From a virus (taxonomy: Duplodnaviria; Caudoviricetes), in IMG/VR virus record IMGVR_UViG_3300032265_001645, positions 1-57,279 of that record: a stretch of 57,279 bases of DNA; one strand, 5' to 3'. The notes under the pieces are model-generated. The model worked only from the letters and a program-made list of their open reading frames with translations, had not been told where the DNA came from and did no database searches. Shown here in pieces: positions 55,321-57,279 of this stretch (its first letter is position 1; every line of letters starts with the position of its first letter). A program made the position numbers and the translations under genes.

Positions 55321-55775
55321 TAGTAGTTCACCAATACCTTTGCTTTAACGTTAAGTCCATCAAGAGTGTAGAACTGGTAAACCGCATATGTTGTTGGTCC
55401 AGATGGAGCAGATCCACCGTCCCAAACAAGAGAGGTTCCTGAGGCTGGGGATGTGATTGCAAAGTTAAGGATTTGCCCTGAAGTATTAGGCACATACTCT
55501 ACAGTCCAAACAGCAGCAATAGCTGAAGATGTGGTTGTATAAGTAACGTTTCTTAGGGGAATGTAAGCCTGTGCACCAGTAAAGTTAGTTGCAATATCAA
55601 AGTTAAGTGTAATAACTGTAGAAGGTCGATTTACCTTTACGTATGGTGTTGCTAAAGGATTAACCGTTTGGCTTGAGCTAGGTGTTGCAAAAATGCTTTT
55701 TGTAGATAAAGCAATAGCAGTGTTGTACGCAGAAGTACCCGCACGGTAAAGATCAGGGTAAGATGAAAAAGGCAC
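55320..55775 (-). CDS. Fibre/accessory virion protein
   Basis: WDGGSAP...YQFYT.DG C-terminal motif. Confidence 0.6.
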   Translation of the reverse strand: MPFSSYPDLYRAGTSAYNTAIALSTKSIFATPSSSQTVNPLATPYVKVNRPSTVITLNFDIATNFTGAQAYIPLRNVTYTTTSSAIAAVWTVEYVPNTSGQILNFAITSPASGTSLVWDGGSAPSGPTTYAVYQFYTLDGLNVKAKVLVNY

Positions 55776-55783
55776 GGTACTCC

Positions 55784-56161
55784 TTAGGAAGCTAGATTAG
55801 CGTGAAACAAAGCTCCGTTAATTGAGTTACCAAAAAACGAAGTAAAGATAAGGGTAGTACGTCCAGCGGTAACAATAGATGGGGCAGAGCCGCCGTCCCA
55901 AGTTACTCCGTTAAAGGTTACGTTTTTAGTTCCGCGGTTAGCGATTTCTACGTACCAAACAGTTGGCTGGCTTGGAATACCTATAAAGTTAACTGTTGTG
56001 TCTGCTGCTATAGAGTTTAACTGAACAAACCCGCCATCGGTTGGGTTTACGTTAAAGGTTCCTGAGCAGTTTGGAAACACCTGTACCCGAGATAACTGGG
56101 CACTACTAATAGTGGCATCTTGTCCTTGAACAAGTACCCCGGGTACAGATGTAACTGACAT
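55784..56161 (-). CDS. Fibre/accessory virion protein
   Basis: VTWDGGSAPSI....R..L.F.S motif. Confidence 0.6.
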   Translation of the reverse strand: MSVTSVPGVLVQGQDATISSAQLSRVQVFPNCSGTFNVNPTDGGFVQLNSIAADTTVNFIGIPSQPTVWYVEIANRGTKNVTFNGVTWDGGSAPSIVTAGRTTLIFTSFFGNSINGALFHANLAS

Positions 56162-56165
56162 TTAG

Positions 56166-56459
56166 TTAGTCTTCCTTCTTAGCGGATTTCTTAGGTGCTT
56201 CAAGAGCAGCCTGGATAAGCTCTACTGTAATGGCTGGATCGTTAAATCCAGCGCCATTCCAGTCAGTCTTGGTCTTGTCAAGAGTGCGTGGAGGAAACCA
56301 TACATCCCCTTCAAGAGTCCAGTTTACAGAAGGCTGTGGGTAGACGTTAGTGACGTCAACAACATCATAGATTGATGCCTGCTCACCTAGGTCCGCCACT
56401 GATGCCGCGAGAAGGTGATTAATAACCTTACCGTTTGATAGTAATGCGTAATTAGCCAT
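56166..56459 (-). CDS. Putative fibre assembly partner
   Basis: YALL.NG.V.N...A...W......F.PP pattern, following the Gly-rich fibre gene. Confidence 0.55.
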   Translation of the reverse strand: MANYALLSNGKVINHLLAASVADLGEQASIYDVVDVTNVYPQPSVNWTLEGDVWFPPRTLDKTKTDWNGAGFNDPAITVELIQAALEAPKKSAKKED

Positions 56460-56472
56460 TTATATGCTCTCC

Positions 56473-57279
56473 TTAGAGTGAAGTCTTGTCGAAGTAACGA
56501 ACGATAGCATAACCGTCAGCACCGTTACCGCCTTGACCGATGTATCCAAGATACTGTACTGCTGCTGTTGCGTTATCGATATAGACAACGTCACCACCAT
56601 CAAAGTAATCGAATTCATATGTTAGATCGAAGAAGTAAGCGTTTGCAGGAGCCTGCAGTGTTGCCCAACCACCAGGCTGTGTGTAGCCTGCTGTAGGTCC
56701 AATGTAGGTGGTTGTTGTTAAGTTTGTAAAGATTGCGTCATATGCTGGGCGATCTTCACGAATGATTGTGTTGGATGCATCCTTCCAACGAACTGTTGGA
56801 CGAACACGCTTTGACAATCCTGGGAAGAATGTAGCGTTTGTAACACCCTGAGGTGCTACCGCTAAGTAGTAACCAGTATTTGCAAAGTATAGAACTGTAC
56901 GAGGAAGGATTGGGAATTCTTGCCAGTTAGTTACAACCTTAGCAGAACCGTTATCTCCAATTGTAACTCTCATACCGTATGTACCAGCAATAATAGCTGC
57001 TGATGCATCCTGGATAACAGTTGCGTTATACAGGCCTGTCATCTTGTAGTTATCTTGTGACCAGTTTTCAAAGTTAAGCGTGTTAGTTGCAGCTGTGTGC
57101 GTGATAAGGGTATATGGAAGGTTGTTCTGTAGAGAACCGCCACCACCTCCGCCACCACCGGTGTTAGGTGTAGCATCAAGGCCACGAGCAAAGTAGTACT
57201 GGTTGTTGTATTCGTCAGCGATATATGTTCCGCCGCCCTTACCACCGCCACCGTTTCCACGGCCTGGGTATGTAAGTGA
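56473..57279 (-). CDS. Gly-rich tail-fibre-like protein, 5' truncated by the window edge
   Basis: Frame is open to 57279 (NTGGGGGGG...) and ends GGNGADGYAIVRY; CBM-like insert. Confidence 0.7.
   Translation of the reverse strand, partial: SLTYPGRGNGGGGKGGGTYIADEYNNQYYFARGLDATPNTGGGGGGGGSLQNNLPYTLITHTAATNTLNFENWSQDNYKMTGLYNATVIQDASAAIIAGTYGMRVTIGDNGSAKVVTNWQEFPILPRTVLYFANTGYYLAVAPQGVTNATFFPGLSKRVRPTVRWKDASNTIIREDRPAYDAIFTNLTTTTYIGPTAGYTQPGGWATLQAPANAYFFDLTYEFDYFDGGDVVYIDNATAAVQYLGYIGQGGNGADGYAIVRYFDKTSL

Noticed and set aside
57039-57260. 73-aa ORF at the right end
   Set aside because: It overlaps, out of frame, the Gly-rich ORF that is open from the window edge into 56473-57042.
1-57279. 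tRNA genes, integrase, introns/inteins, stop-codon reassignment
   Set aside because: None was recognised by eye. Core genes are full-length under the standard code and use all three stops. A tRNAscan-SE/Infernal run would be needed to exclude small RNAs.

Overview
This is a 57-kb segment of a tailed dsDNA phage with a contractile (myovirus-type) tail. Almost all genes are on the minus strand. The host is most likely an Actinomycetota member: the window carries two WhiB genes, a BldC-like HTH and TANNNT/leaderless promoter signatures. The modest GC content (judged by eye, not computed) hints at low-GC freshwater actinobacteria. In transcription order (right to left) the modules are: (1) fibre/accessory virion genes; (2) a putative virion-modification cassette with GT2-TPR glycosyltransferase, a (Thr-Pro)16 protein, sulfotransferase, two 2OG-Fe(II) oxygenases, an APS kinase-HxGH nucleotidyltransferase fusion and DUF2061; (3) neck, sheath, tube, chaperone with a probable +1 frameshift, tape measure (M23 plus lysozyme-like domains) and baseplate; (4) a large replication/recombination module (initiator, DnaC-like loader, DnaB, primase, dNMP kinase, SNF2 helicase, SSB, PolA, RecA, Cas4-like nuclease, two resolvases, SpoVS, metallophosphoesterase); (5) a lone plus-strand three-gene membrane operon; (6) a lysis module; (7) a cluster of small basic proteins; and (8) a nucleotidyltransferase / HAD-like / TGT-like operon at the left end. 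No capsid, portal, large terminase, integrase, tRNA or CRISPR array was recognised. All functional calls come from motif recognition by eye; no database search was run.
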